Source: Eledone cirrhosa (lineage: Eukaryota). Taken from it: a stretch of DNA of 64,000 nucleotides. The number at the start of each line of letters is the position of its first letter. The first letter of the stretch is position 1. Both the position numbers and the translations under genes were made by a program. The notes beneath the pieces are model-generated. The model did not search any database. It was not told the origin of the DNA and saw only the letters and a list, made by a program, of their open reading frames with translations. The stretch spans positions 199,144,001 through 199,208,000 of the forward strand of contig OZ024742.1 in assembly GCA_964016885.1 (NCBI GenBank). The letters are read 5' to 3'. Shown one piece after another: positions 37,261 through 48,962 of the stretch.

Positions 37261-37490
37261 AGGTGTGAGACATGAAAGGAAGGTAAGACAACATCTGAAA
37301 CAAAAACATATTATTTATATTGTAAATATTTATAACTTCAATAACAAGTATAATTATTTTGACTCATAATGATGTCACTCCACAAACTAAGTGGTTTAAA
37401 AGTGTTCAAATAAATACATGTACTGTGTGTGTTTGTGTATGTGCTTGTGTGTGAGTGTGTGTTTTTATGCATGTGTGTGTGTGTTTGTTT

Positions 37491-37552
37491 GCCGGTTTAA
37501 ACAGAAAGAGGTGAGAGAATTATGGTCAGATATCGCTGGTTTAAAGGGTTAA
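37491..37552 (-). mobile_element. piggyBac-type MITE end
   Basis: Ends aaagggttaa; reverse complement matches 38212-38280. Confidence 0.6.
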
Positions 37553-38211
37553 AATCAACACTTTTGATAACAAATCACCTGAAACCACCTGAAACATTTA
37601 TAATACAAAATTGTTCATTTAAATTTGCTTATTCTTATATTATAATCATAATTTTATTTTAGAAATGTTTCTACAATAATGTTTTAATTATCAGCTTACT
37701 GATATAACTTACAAAGGCACAGCTGATGTCTGTGCCACCTAGGGCAGCCTTTGAGTTTGGCCCCAACAAAAAAAAAAAAAAAAAATCATTTTGCACAGTG
37801 ACTCTTCTTCATCTTCTTCACCCACTTATTCCTGAGAGGGTCGTGGGGGAAGAGTCCTCAAACACTCCCTCCAGCATGTGGTTAGAAAAAGTCACTGGAC
37901 AGATTTTACAGGCAAAACCAAATAGAGACCCCCACCACCACCACACACACACAGTGACTCCCTTTTAAGATTATATAGATATATAGATGTATGTTGAACA
38001 ATGAAAACAAAGAAGGTGAGGTTGAGTGCTTAATTAGCTCATTGTTTTACAATCATTTCAAAAGGTTGAATGAGCCCATGATAATATCAATATATTGATA
38101 AATCAATTGCAATTATGTGACTCCATATAATCAGTCTTGATACAACCAATCCATCTATATAATAGTTTGTATACCATTATATTACATTCACATACTTAAA
38201 TGTAGTATACT

Positions 38212-38436
38212 TTAACCATTTAGTATTTAAACCAGCTGTATCTGACCAGTATTCTCTCACCTCTTTCTGTTCAAACTGACTGGAATTGGCCGCTCATACT
38301 GACGTTAAAGTATTGTTCTCAAAATAAATATAAAAATTTCATAGATTTGACATTATGTGAGATATTATGTGACGTAAAGCATTTAACATGAAAATATAAT
38401 AGTATATATAGAGTAATGTAAATGCTAAAGGCTTAA
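38212..38436. mobile_element. piggyBac-type MITE
   Basis: TTAA-ccatttagtattta ... taaatgctaaaggc-TTAA: inverted termini with TTAA target. Confidence 0.7.
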
Positions 38437-38811
38437 ATACACTCTAAATATACTTAAACTTTAAAAGTAATATAAAAGTGATGCCAACGTTGGATAACTC
38501 TACCCACCCAACTAGCTAGTCTACAGCTTACTGATGAAAAAGTTAGTTATTTTATTAAATTTCTCCTAAATGGATGTTAAACGGCGATGATGATGATGGT
38601 TTGGTTATTTTCAAAAGTAATTGAAACACACAGGTAGTGTACTTCATTAGAAATATGGTGATAATGAAAGTGTTAAACCCATATTTATTTTTTCTTAAAT
38701 GTGTTGGGATTAAAATAAATTAGTCTGCTGATGATGTTGTCAGAGCTGTTGATGCATCTGGGAAATATATAAAGTATAGGTTTGAGGATTTTGGACAGGA
38801 GCCAGGATACA

Positions 38812-39341
38812 TTAACACTTTCATTATCATATGTTTTATGTTTTATATGATTTTCAAATCATTTTGAAAATAATTTGAAGGGATTTAGTAATATAACTTC
38901 TCATTATTAAGATGGCATTTAAGGGGGGTGGATTGGCAGTATCAATAGAGTGTTAGACACCATGCTTTGCAGAATAGAGTTACGTCTCTTTACGTTCAGA
39001 GTTCAAATCCCGCCAAGGTTAGCTTTGCCTTTCATCCTTACGGGGTCGATAAAATAAAGTACCAGTAACACACTGAGGTCGATTTAATCAACTTTCCCCT
39101 CCCCCAAAATTGGTGGCCTTGTGCCTAAATATGAAACCATTGTTAAGCTAGCATTTAGAACATAATTGAATGAAGGTTCTTACATAAAATTATGATGTAA
39201 GATAAAAACCTTACATAATATTATGTTTCAAATGTCTGCTTCATAAAAAAACCAAAACAACAACAAACAATTTAAAACAAACATTTTTTTGTATCATAGA
39301 AGCAGGGGCAGTGTCAGGCAGGTTGATATCAAGATGATTAA
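38812..39341. mobile_element. piggyBac-type MITE interrupted by a SINE
   Basis: ttaacactttcattatca ... tgatatcaagatgattaa; related ends at ~37555 and ~38676. Confidence 0.45.
38922..39137 (+). mobile_element. Near-complete tRNA-derived SINE with target-site duplication
   Basis: A and B boxes (tggcagtat, gagttcaaatcc) plus body; flanked by cattattaagatggcattta (38902) and cattgttaagctagcattta (39138). Confidence 0.85.
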
Positions 39342-39588
39342 TATGGGTTCTGCTATCCTAGAGATGCTGTATATTTTAATGAGATGTCAACTCCCCCCAT
39401 CCGATTGGAGATCTGCCACCCACTGTGGGGTGGGTGAGAGATGTATTCTCTTGTGAAAATTGGTATAGCTTTCATTATGTAAAATCTCCCCATCTTGGGG
39501 CACTTTTTTTCATGGTACTTCCCGTTTGGGTTTTTAGAGGTTAGTTTGCTCTTTGTAATGGTGAAATTTTGTTTAACTCTTAACATTG

Positions 39589-40093
39589 AATACCCTCCAT
39601 CAGGCATCTACCATACTCTGAACACCTTGCTTCCCTGGGCATGGATACATTGAAGCTCCAACGTCTGGCAACTGACTTGGTAAACACCCACAAAATTATT
39701 AACCATCTTGCCAACAACAACCCTGAGTACCTTTTTGATTTCCATGTGTCTAACACACGTGGGCATGCCCACAAAGTCAGAACACAGCACAGTTCCCATG
39801 ACTTTCTGAAACATTTTTTCACGCTCAGAGTTGCTGAAGCATGGAACAAACTACCTGCATCAGTTGTTAGCTGTCGAGACACTGCATCCTTTAAAACCAC
39901 TATGCTTCCTGAGATTCGCCAACACTACACCTAATATTCCCCCTCCATACACACGCACACATGTATATCATGACTCATACACTATTCACTTCCCTGACAT
40001 TTGTATATTATTCTATGTACTATACATGCACCTTTGACGAGTTGTAGTACACCTGAGCACTGTACACAATAATTTCATTATTATTATTATTAT
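39589..40093 (+). mobile_element. CR1-type LINE 3' end
   Basis: IPSIRHLPYSEHLASLGMDTLKLQRLATDL...TRGHAHKV...FFTLRVAEAWNKLPASVV, then 3' UTR and (ATT)n tail. Confidence 0.88.
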
Positions 40094-40424
40094 TTATCCT
40101 GTAATATAGCTGAAAATATTTAAAAACGAGTTTGTTTATTCAAAATTTACTCGTTAATTCAAACATTTATAGTGTCTCTATCAGCTGACAGATCTTTGTA
40201 AAAATTTGCAATATTGGCATAAAATCTTTCATTTTTAATGTGATGCAGTCATGGTGCTGTTTTGCACTTTTCAAGAATGCTTTACTAATGACGTTTCATG
40301 TGGTTTGGAGTTAATTTTATTGGGGAAATTTGTACAGCTAATACTGATGATATTTTTTAGCTGTCTTTGTGTGATATCTTTGACTTTTACAGTACCAGTA
40401 CAGCTTAGTACCAGGGATGTTGTA

Positions 40425-40500
40425 GACAAACTCAGAATGCTAAGGGCCTAAAGAGATGCTGCAAGACATCATGTCCGACACATTAACAAATCTGCCAATA
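40425..40500 (-). mobile_element. SINE head fragment
   Basis: aactcagaatgctaagg...gtccgacacattaacaaatctgcca resembles 5365-5440 and 46870-46945. Confidence 0.45.
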
Positions 40501-41817
40501 GAATGAATATATTCTTCTTCATGGTATTAAATTTAGCCTGACTCATCACCACCACAATCATCATCACCTCCATCGTCACCACCTCCACTACTACTATCAC
40601 CACCACCACTATTTCAGTTTATGATGATATATAGGGGATGGCATGTTGTTCTTGTTTAGTTTCCCACAGTTTTTTGGCATTGCCAGCTATTGTGGGTACA
40701 ATGTGCTCAGACCAGCTGGTATTCCTTTTTCATATCTCACTAGACTTAATAAACTCCCATGTCTTACCAGACTTGATCAATTTCCCTATTTGCCCATCGT
40801 TGCATAAGCTAAAACTTTCATGTGATGCTGAGTTGTGATTTAAGGAAGCTACAGCATGTAGCTTTGTCTAGTGTTGTATTAACCAATGGTTAAAAACTCC
40901 AGTGTTGTTGTATTCACCAATGGTTAGAATATTTAATTTTGTTGTCTTAGTGAATGGTGAGATTATTTAAGGGAAGTATCACAGTTCAAATTTTTTTAGC
41001 AGGCAAAGACATCTTGTAGGAGACTCAGTTGTAGACCACTAGAAAAATGTTTGGATAATATCCACAAGCTCATTTGGTTTCATGCTTGTGTCTCTCCAAG
41101 TTATCTGTAGATATATTTTTCTGATAGGACCTTCTAGAATGCATGTCTGAAGACTCTTCTGCCATGACCAGGACTCATATGTCATATATACAAGGATTAC
41201 TGGATATATGAACATTCATACAAACTGGGAAATTTGCATTTTGATAGATTTATAGTTTATGTTGATTACAGACACATGGAAGTGGTTAAAGATAAATATG
41301 AAATTTTAATAATTTATTTCTAATATATAATTGCATAAATGTTTAACATAGTTGTAGTAGTAGTTGCAGAAATAATAATATAAGTATGCCAGCACTTCTG
41401 GTTTGTATAAATAGTAACAGTAGCTATGATATTTGTAGAAGTAGTGGTAACAGGTTTGTTATCTTCATGCATTATGTGGGAATTTCCAGCATTTGCTTTC
41501 CTCTCATGCTTTTCTGCATTTTGCCCAAAATTCTAGCATTTTAGGAGTTCTGCATTTACATTATTTTATGTTTCGCTCCATAATTTTAGGTTCAGACATG
41601 CTTTTCTTTTATTACAAAGTTTGTAAAAAGAGACTTGCAGTTGTTGGTTTAAACAGGACCCTCTCCATTTAAAACATTTTTTTTATTAATACAAAGATCA
41701 TTTAAACAAAAAATAAAGTGAAATAGACACTTTCCAACACTATTTTATAGGAATGTCATCGTTTAGTATAATGTTAAAATCATTTAATGTAAATACAATT
41801 AATATTAAGCTACTATA

Positions 41818-42602
41818 TAGCGTTGTGCAGATGAATCTGGACTTTTTTTTATGTGGCAACAGCACTGTGACGTCACAGCATAGTGAGGTTTCGAAGGTGA
41901 CATTAGAAAGTACTATACCTCAGTAGTTATCTGGCCATTGACACGCAAGGTGCTTAGTAATCAACATGTCTTCAGAATATGATCGTCGAGCCGCTTTTAT
42001 GGAGAGCCTTTTCACTGGCCACAAAGCCAAAGAACTCATTGAATGGTTTAAATACACTAAAACCATGGTCTATGACCTTGCAAAGGCATATGGGGCCTCA
42101 GATTACAAGGTCAATTTTAGGCTAGAATGCAAGACTCATAGTTCCATCAGGACATCTGAGTTTGCCCCCGATGGCCTCCGCCTTGGTGCCAATGACTGGA
42201 TAGGGTGGCTAATGGTAGGCCCTACATCTTTCAACAAGACTCTGCCCTCACCCAAGCCTGGCTCTTTGCCAATGTGCCATACCACTGACTCGCTTCATCG
42301 CTAATTCTCTCAACTAATTTGTGTGGAGCATCTTGCAGAGGGAAGGGAACAGCAGACCCTACAACACCAAGGAGGCTATCAGGTTTGCCATGGCCAACAT
42401 GGACAGGGACACCATCGCCAAAATCTGTTCCAGCATCTGGTCCCACCTAGAGAAATTGGTGGCTACATCAAGTGATTTTTCTACCTTATATATGTGCCTT
42501 ATATTGTACCTTATATAAAGTTTCATTGAAATATATTAATTTGTTATATAAAAAAATGCTGTTTTTATTATCCATCAATTTTTCTGGATTTATCTGCACC
42601 AC
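41818..42602 (+). mobile_element. Internally deleted Tc1/mariner-superfamily transposon (DD37D/maT-like)
   Basis: TIRs gttgtgcagatgaatctgga / tctggatttatctgcaccac; N-terminal HTH-like MSSEYDRRAAFMESL..TMVYDLAK; ANGRPYIFQQDSA; FVWSILQREGNSRPYNTK..HLEKLVA; frameshifted. Confidence 0.8.
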
Positions 42603-43685
42603 AATCATCATCATCTTTTAACGTCCATCTACCACGCTTGCATGGGTTTGGATGGGAGTTTTCCCACTTGAGGCAAGATTGGTTGTCTTGCTCGTATAGG
42701 ACTGTCTGGCGGGTTTTCTACGGCTGGATGCCCTTCCTGACACCAATCACATTTACAGTGTGGACTGGGAGGTTTTTACCGTGTTACCTACACGGCTACA
42801 TTACAGCGTGGACTGTGTTTTTTTTTTGTCGTGACACCTACACGTGTGGCGGGTTTTCTACGGCTGGGTGCCCTTCCCAACACCAACCACGTTTACAGTG
42901 TGGACTGGGAGGTTTTTACCGTGTTACCTACACGGCCACATTACAGCGTGGACTGTGTTTTTTTTTTGTCGTGACACCTACACGTGTGGCGGGTTTTCTA
43001 CGGCTGGGTGCCCTTCCCAACACCAACCACGTTTACAGTGTGGACTGGGAGGTTTTTACCGTGTTACCTACACGGCCACATTACAGCGTGGACTGTGTTT
43101 TTTTTTGTCGTGACACCTACACGACCTCATTTGTTTCGGACTGGATGTTGTGGTACCAACATAACACTTCACATTTAAGGGGGTGGTGTGGATGGGGTGT
43201 AGGTAGTGGGACGGGGTGTATTTTGTTAGATGTGCCTACTGACTGTAGGTTTCGCTTTGTACTTAGGCAAGGCGGGTATTCTGTATAACTGTGTAGCCCC
43301 AAAGATCTCGGTCCAGTGACATTGTCTTGGAGAGGTGTAAGTGTGTGAGGTCGGAATTTATCAAGTCGTCCCAGGTTTTTCTGGGTCCGCCTACTCCGTG
43401 GCTACCGTCTATTTTTATTGCCCTGCACTTTGTTATACAGCTGTCGTCTTTTATGCGCATCACGTGACCGTACCAATGTAGTCTTCTTTCGAGTAAACAA
43501 CATCTGATCCCTCTTATTCCTAATTTCTCCCTTAGTTCGTTTATGCTTTGCCGTTCACATATATTACTATTACACATCCAGCGGTGCATGCAAGCTTCGT
43601 TTCTCTCCAATCTGCGCATATCCTCTCCACACAATGCCCAGGTCTCACTGCCATGTAACATTGTTGTTCGTATGCAGGCATCATA
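42603..43685 (-). mobile_element. RTE LINE 5'-truncated copy
   Basis: MLHGSETWAL...RRLHWYGHVMR...PRKTW, 3' UTR and (GAT)n tail; same family as 52391-53250. Confidence 0.9.
42707..43123. repeat. 140-bp tandem triplication within the RTE 3' UTR
   Basis: Units start at 42707, 42847 and 42987; copies 2 and 3 are nearly identical. Confidence 0.95.
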
Positions 43686-43790
43686 ATGTATGTATATATA
43701 TATATATATATATATATAACTTTGATAGGTTTCAACCAGTACTGGCCCAGGCCGTGTCTAACTTAATAGCACCACCTATATATATATATT

Positions 43791-44060
43791 TCATCATCAT
43801 CATGACCTTTTGACATTTATTTTCCATGCTTGCATGGATTAAACTGGTTGTTGTATGCTGAGACCAGACTGGTCAGGTGACCATATCCTGCATGTATGCT
43901 TCGTTTTGGCCTGGTTTCTACAGCTAGATGTCCTTCCTTATGCCACCTACTTTACAGTATGTACTGAGAGCTTTTTATCATGATTCCAGGACTACCACCT
44001 TATGTGGTGGACTGGGTTTTTTTCATCATGGTACAAGCCCTACCACCTTACAAGGTGGAC
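43791..44060 (-). mobile_element. RTE-related 3' UTR fragment
   Basis: catcatcat tail, ttttccatgcttgcatgg, tttctacagctagatgtccttcc. Confidence 0.7.
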
Positions 44061-44596
44061 AGAGTGATTTTCATCATTTGGTCAACACTACTTCATTTCA
44101 ACACTGGTGTGCTCAGTGTCCTTGATCTATTGTTGTGTCATGAGGGTGGTCTTGAAGCATGTGGATGGTGAGGTGTGCCCGGCTTTCCTTGTTGGCTTAA
44201 ATGCAATCTATATGCTACTTACAAGGGGGGGGGGGACTTATGATAAGAAAGGAGACACTGAGTCATTGCAATGACTTTGGATCAAGTTGACAGTGTCTGA
44301 CATTGTGGTGTCTGCCTGACTTTGTATGTTGCCCTAGGATGGATGGGGAAAGTATGCTTGGGGTGAGATTTTAGGTGAATCAGTCAAGTTTCATCCTAGC
44401 TTTCCTTGCTAGCATGGGTGGGATGAGGAAGAGTAAGTGAAGAATTCAGGAGTAGACTGGCAGGCAGGGATCTGAAAGTTGTTCTACCTATCTGCTTCTT
44501 CGAGTTTTGGGTGGGGGGAAGGCAGGCAAGGGGAGGGCATCGTGAGCATACTGGCAGGAAATACAGATTGTTATGGGTACAAATGAAAGAAATGAC

Positions 44597-45880
44597 CAAT
44601 CAACACATAATGTGGAAGTTGAGTATTTATATTAAAGGTTTGACTTAATCCTACACTACCTACAATTTCATGATGAAAACATGTCTAAATCATCAGGTGC
44701 ATTTGAGAAAGTAAAACAAGATGTAGAATGGAGTTTGGGAGCCATGTTGTTAAGAGCCTTCATTAGTTCATTCAGGTTATGGGGTGGTGTAGATGTGTCA
44801 GCAACAGCATGAGGAAGTTTGCATCTAAGTGGTGCCATTAATCTCAGAAGAATCCAACAACATCAGATATGTGATCTAATTTAAGTCTTGGTAGTGTCAA
44901 TGAGTCTGGTAGTTCTTCTTTGGTAGATCTGATATTGCTATTTTCATGGTGTACCTTTTCGTTTGAGCTGTCTGCCCCACACCTACATGTGAGTCTTTGT
45001 AGGATGTCTGGGACCAGTGGTTTGACATTGGCTAACAGGGCACTTCTATGGTGGCTGCAAAACGTTAGGTCACTCTTAGTCGTTGATGAAAATTGCAAAT
45101 TGTTGCATACATGCAATCCATCATGGAGGCAGGGTTGACAATGTCAGGGTGCTCTATTCAGAATGCTCCATTTGATGCTGGGCAAATGTGCCCTAGATTA
45201 TGGAGCCTCCATATGAAATAGAACAAGTCAGTAGAGGTCTCCATATGAATGTATGTGCTGGGTAAATCTACCCTTGAACTCGTTAGTTGTTAGGCTTGTG
45301 TAGTCCCTCTATAAACTGTATGGCAATGTGAAGGTAGTGCTATAGACCATGGCCTTAGGAGAGGCACTTAGAGGACAGTTAGAAAGGTTTTGGCAATTAC
45401 AACTTGGTGTGTGTCTTGGGGCTTGTGTGGGTATGTGCTTTTCCTGTTATAACATACAATGTTTGAAGCACAATTAACCATAATATTGTGTGAGTTGAAG
45501 AGCATGTGGTACTTATGACTTATGACTATATGGAAAATGTTTCCAGATTAAGGACACTGAGTTATTAACTATCTAAATTAAATAGAAGATTGAACAACGT
45601 CATTTCTCTCTTTTTAACTTTCTTAGAGGTGGGTATTTTTATAGTATGCTTTCTGTAAAGCCAGATTTCACTAATGCCTCATAGTAATGGGTTACAGCCA
45701 TGTTTGTTGGACGATACAACTAAAGCTGGGGTTGGTTGAGAATCTTATGTATATATATTGCTTCCTCATTAGGTTTGCTTACAAGAGTTTACCAATTTTG
45801 AGGTCCAGAAAGTCGACTTTGGTGAAATTGAAGGTGGCTATGATGTTTACACCAAACTGTAGAGGTTTTACTTGGTCAAC
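44597..45880 (-). mobile_element. Penelope-like element: RT C-terminus, GIY-YIG endonuclease and pseudo-LTR end; degenerate
   Basis: Minus translation: KVDFLD..KPNEEAIYIHK..YEALVKSGF..KHFPYSHKYHMLFN..CNCQNLSNCPL..MVY..YTSLTTNEFKGRFTQH..FIWRL..IKWSILNRA..CSHHRSALLANVK. Confidence 0.85.
44652..44701 (-). ncRNA. Degenerate hammerhead ribozyme in the Penelope pseudo-LTR
   Basis: tgcac-CTGATGA-...-GAAAttgtagGTA-gtgta; core and stem I present, stems II and III decayed. Confidence 0.6.
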
Positions 45881-45904
45881 CAAGGAAATCTCAGAAAAAA
45901 ACTA

Positions 45905-46050
45905 ATCTCGTATATAAGTACTATAGGCGCTGAGCTGGCCAGTCGCAGGTGTGAGCCTCGCAAGATGAAATGGCTCTTCCAGCACATCTCCCTTACCATC
46001 CTCCGGGGAAACACTTTCTTCATTCTGTCCACCGGGGCTGTGGGACCCCA
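45905..46050 (+). mobile_element. CRE-clade non-LTR retrotransposon 3' fragment
   Basis: ISTIGAELASRRCEPRKMKWLFQHISLTILRGNTFFILS. Confidence 0.75.
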
Positions 46051-46277
46051 TTTGCTCATAATACAGAGAGATGGGGAGGGAAAGAGAGATGGAGGCGATG
46101 ACGGTGGGAATTCTGCTCTTCTGAGTTTGGCTTTTCTGTGTTTGGACACATTGCACCTGTCATGTGGATCATGAGAAAGTTATATTACTAACACAGGTAA
46201 AAACTATTTGCATATAATCGATTCTTTTAGCACTAGAGTGTGATGCTGAAGTAATTGCAATTTTATTTTGTTATATA

Positions 46278-46465
46278 TACTGTATATAGTTGAATATAAG
46301 TACACACACCCCCATTTTATGTCTGAGAAATGGGCAAAAATTTAAACCCCGTTTATAAGCCAATGTAGCTAATCAATACCTTGTTTAGATGGCTTATATA
46401 AGCCAATCACCACTATTTTACCATTGGTTGCATATTCCTCGACTTATATTCAAGTATATATGGTA
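46278..46465. mobile_element. Tc2/pogo-type MITE
   Basis: TA-ctgtatatagttgaatataagt ... acttatattcaagtatatatgg-TA inverted termini. Confidence 0.7.
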
Positions 46466-46764
46466 CATATGATTGTATTTGCAATAGCCCATTTCTCTAG
46501 CTAGTTCTTATGTATAAAGTACAGCTGTAATTTTAAGGTTTAAAAATCTGTAATAGAACTATGTGTTATATACAAATAAATATTGTAATATACAAACTTA
46601 CTCTAAAGTATGTAAAAACTATAAAATAACTATTGTAAATCATGTTAATTTTTTCCAGAATTTACGACCTTTTTCCGGCAATTTCGTTCAAATTAGTTGA
46701 CAACCCTGCCGAAGTAGTAGTAGAAATAACGATAGCTGTAATAATTATCTCTACAATGACAGCA

Positions 46765-46953
46765 ATTTGAAGGGAAGGAGAAAGTTGATTAAATGGAATC
46801 CATTGCGTTACTGCTACTTTATTTCATCGACCCCGTAAGGACGAAAGACAAAACTAACCTCGGCGGGATTTGAACTCTGAACGTAAAGGGTCGTAACTCT
46901 ATGCCACAAAACATGTTTTTCGACATTCTACCGATACTGCCAAACACCACCCT
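46765..46953 (-). mobile_element. tRNA-derived SINE
   Basis: atcgaccccgtaaggacgaaag...cggcgggatttgaactctgaacgtaaag...ctgccaaacaccacc. Confidence 0.85.
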
Positions 46954-47276
46954 TATAGTATTAGTAATACTAACAATAGGGATGAAAATAAATAGTAGTA
47001 GTACTAGTAGTATTTGACAAAAACACACTGGACAAAATCTCTACTCATCCAGGACCGCACTCTACACATAGTAAAGTATGAAACACTAAAAGGTTAAAGA
47101 AAATCTATTTATAGCTAATATTATGAAACTATATAAGCATAATTTGTTTTACTTTTTACTACGTGTGTATGTGTGGGGGAAGGTTGTCTGCTAGGGAGGT
47201 GTTTTTGTCCTAGATGGAGTTTGTCCGATAGGGTGTAGGTGGGGGCTTTGTCTTGAACACTCTAAATAAGAAGAGT

Positions 47277-47966
47277 ACTTCCGGTTTGTGAAAAAGTAAC
47301 AGTAATAATAGATATAACAATAGCTGTTATAGTTATAGTATTAGAGATATAACTAATAATAAAAATGTTATAATAATAGTATAGCAATAATAATAGTTAT
47401 GAAAATACAAGTAGTATATGAATAGTAAACACTAACAACTAGTAGTTCCGGTTTGTCGAAGTAATAATATCTTCAATAACAACAACTTAACGGTAGTAAA
47501 GGTAGAATTAAATAAGTTAGTAATAATATCAATAATAATAAGAGGAATAGTAATAGTGATAATGAAAATAATGGTAACCTATTTATAGTAAACAGTAAGG
47601 TTAGAACTTCCGGTTTGTGGAAGATGTGATAGTGGTAACAGAAGTAATTGGCGTTATATCAGTAGTACAAATATAACTAGTATTAATACTAGCAAAAAAA
47701 AAAAAAATTAACAATAATAATTATAATAGTAAAAATAATAATGAAAATAATAGTAAAATATTGATTAGTAAAGTTATTAGTTCGGGTTGGTTGAATAATA
47801 ATAATAGAATTAGTGGTAGTAGAGGTAAGGTTAGTAGTAATCATAATACTATACCAAATCTGCTAAAAATAATATTACTAATAACAATGATAATGAAGTG
47901 AAATATTGATTAATGGTAAATATTTAGGTTAGTAGTTCCGGTCTGTTGAAAGCGGAAGTGACGTTC
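47277..47966. promoter_or_regulatory. Periodic ETS-type sites ending in an ETS-CRE composite; candidate promoter
   Basis: A(C/G)TTCCGGT-TGTnGAA-like motif at 47277, 47444, 47606, 47779 and 47934; GCGGAAGTGACGT at 47952. Confidence 0.45.
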
Positions 47967-48925
47967 AATTGTATATAGAGTCATTCGTTGTCTTCTGCTG
48001 CCTACTTTGACAGAGAGGACCCCTTCCAACATTTTTTTAAAAATAATCTTTTTTTCCTTTGCCTATCTTCGTTGTCTCGCTGAAACTGATAATATAAATA
48101 CACGACAGACCACAGTGAAGCCTACCTTGCTATAAACTGTACCCATTAAGGTTTAAATACACCACGAACAACAATAAAACAAGTGGAAAAGGTGAAGTCA
48201 ACATATATATACAATAGAGTATATATAAAAAAAGAGAAAAGAAACGGCTTTTGACGGTGTTTCTGTATCAACAGGAGGTGTTTCGGCATGAGTGAACTAA
48301 CTCCAGATGAGGTATGTAGGAGACTCAACTACACATACACACATATCACAAACTACAACACTAATCAACCGTTATTTTGTTACACAATACTATAAATATA
48401 TATATATATACATACACACACATTTCTATATATATACACATACACACACATTGTATTTGTTTTGCAAGATCCTTTATGTGAAATCGTGTTGAAAAAGATA
48501 TCATTTGTTGTATTATCCCAACCAAAACACACACACACACACGTATATACAAATATATATATATATATGCTTCTATTATCTTGTGCTATTACAATGTCTG
48601 TGTGGTTATGTTCTGTTGTGTGTGAGGATTCTGTCTTGGCTTCTTTGCATCTAGCTTGTGTTATGATTAAAAAGAAAAAAAGGAACACATACACAAAATG
48701 GTAAAATATGTCACTGACTCCTTTTATCCTTGCTTCTATCTGTTCAATACCAACTCTACTTCAAAGCAATTGGGCGCATATATATATATATATGGGACTT
48801 TCCTGACGGTTTCAAACGAAGGAAACACTTGTCATGTAGAAGTCATTTCTATTGTATATAAAATGTATATCATGTACCTTCTGTAATTGAGTATCTTATG
48901 TAAATGTGGTCTCTTCGGTAACCAT

Positions 48926-48962
<37 letters not shown>

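Noticed and set aside
5552-37309. A single giant His-rich (extensin/mucin-like) CDS across the array
   Set aside because: Stops at 9194, 9232/9325 and 11178 close all three minus frames, and most duplication periods are not multiples of 3. Kept only as a speculative finding.
5643-37369. Very many + strand Val/Cys/Trp/Gly ORFs (VCWCGECVLVWR)
   Set aside because: They are translations of the 19-bp repeat in all frames with frequent stops, and show no frame preference or gene structure.
38720-38800. Possible small host exon or C/D snoRNA
   Set aside because: Weak splice signals, no D box, and no recognisable protein similarity.
40600-41240. Additional degenerate LINE remnant on the minus strand
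   Set aside because: Only faint motif resemblance (SWSEHI, YDI*VLVMAE); too weak to call by eye.
46655-47262. DNA-transposon ends (gttgacaaccctg; ggacaaaa/ttttgtcc repeats)
   Set aside because: Partner termini and TSDs could not be established.
48796-48844. Hammerhead-like motif on the minus strand (GAAACCGTC with gactt/aagtc stem)
   Set aside because: The core reads ATGACAA rather than CTGANGA and stem II is poor; at most a decayed relic.
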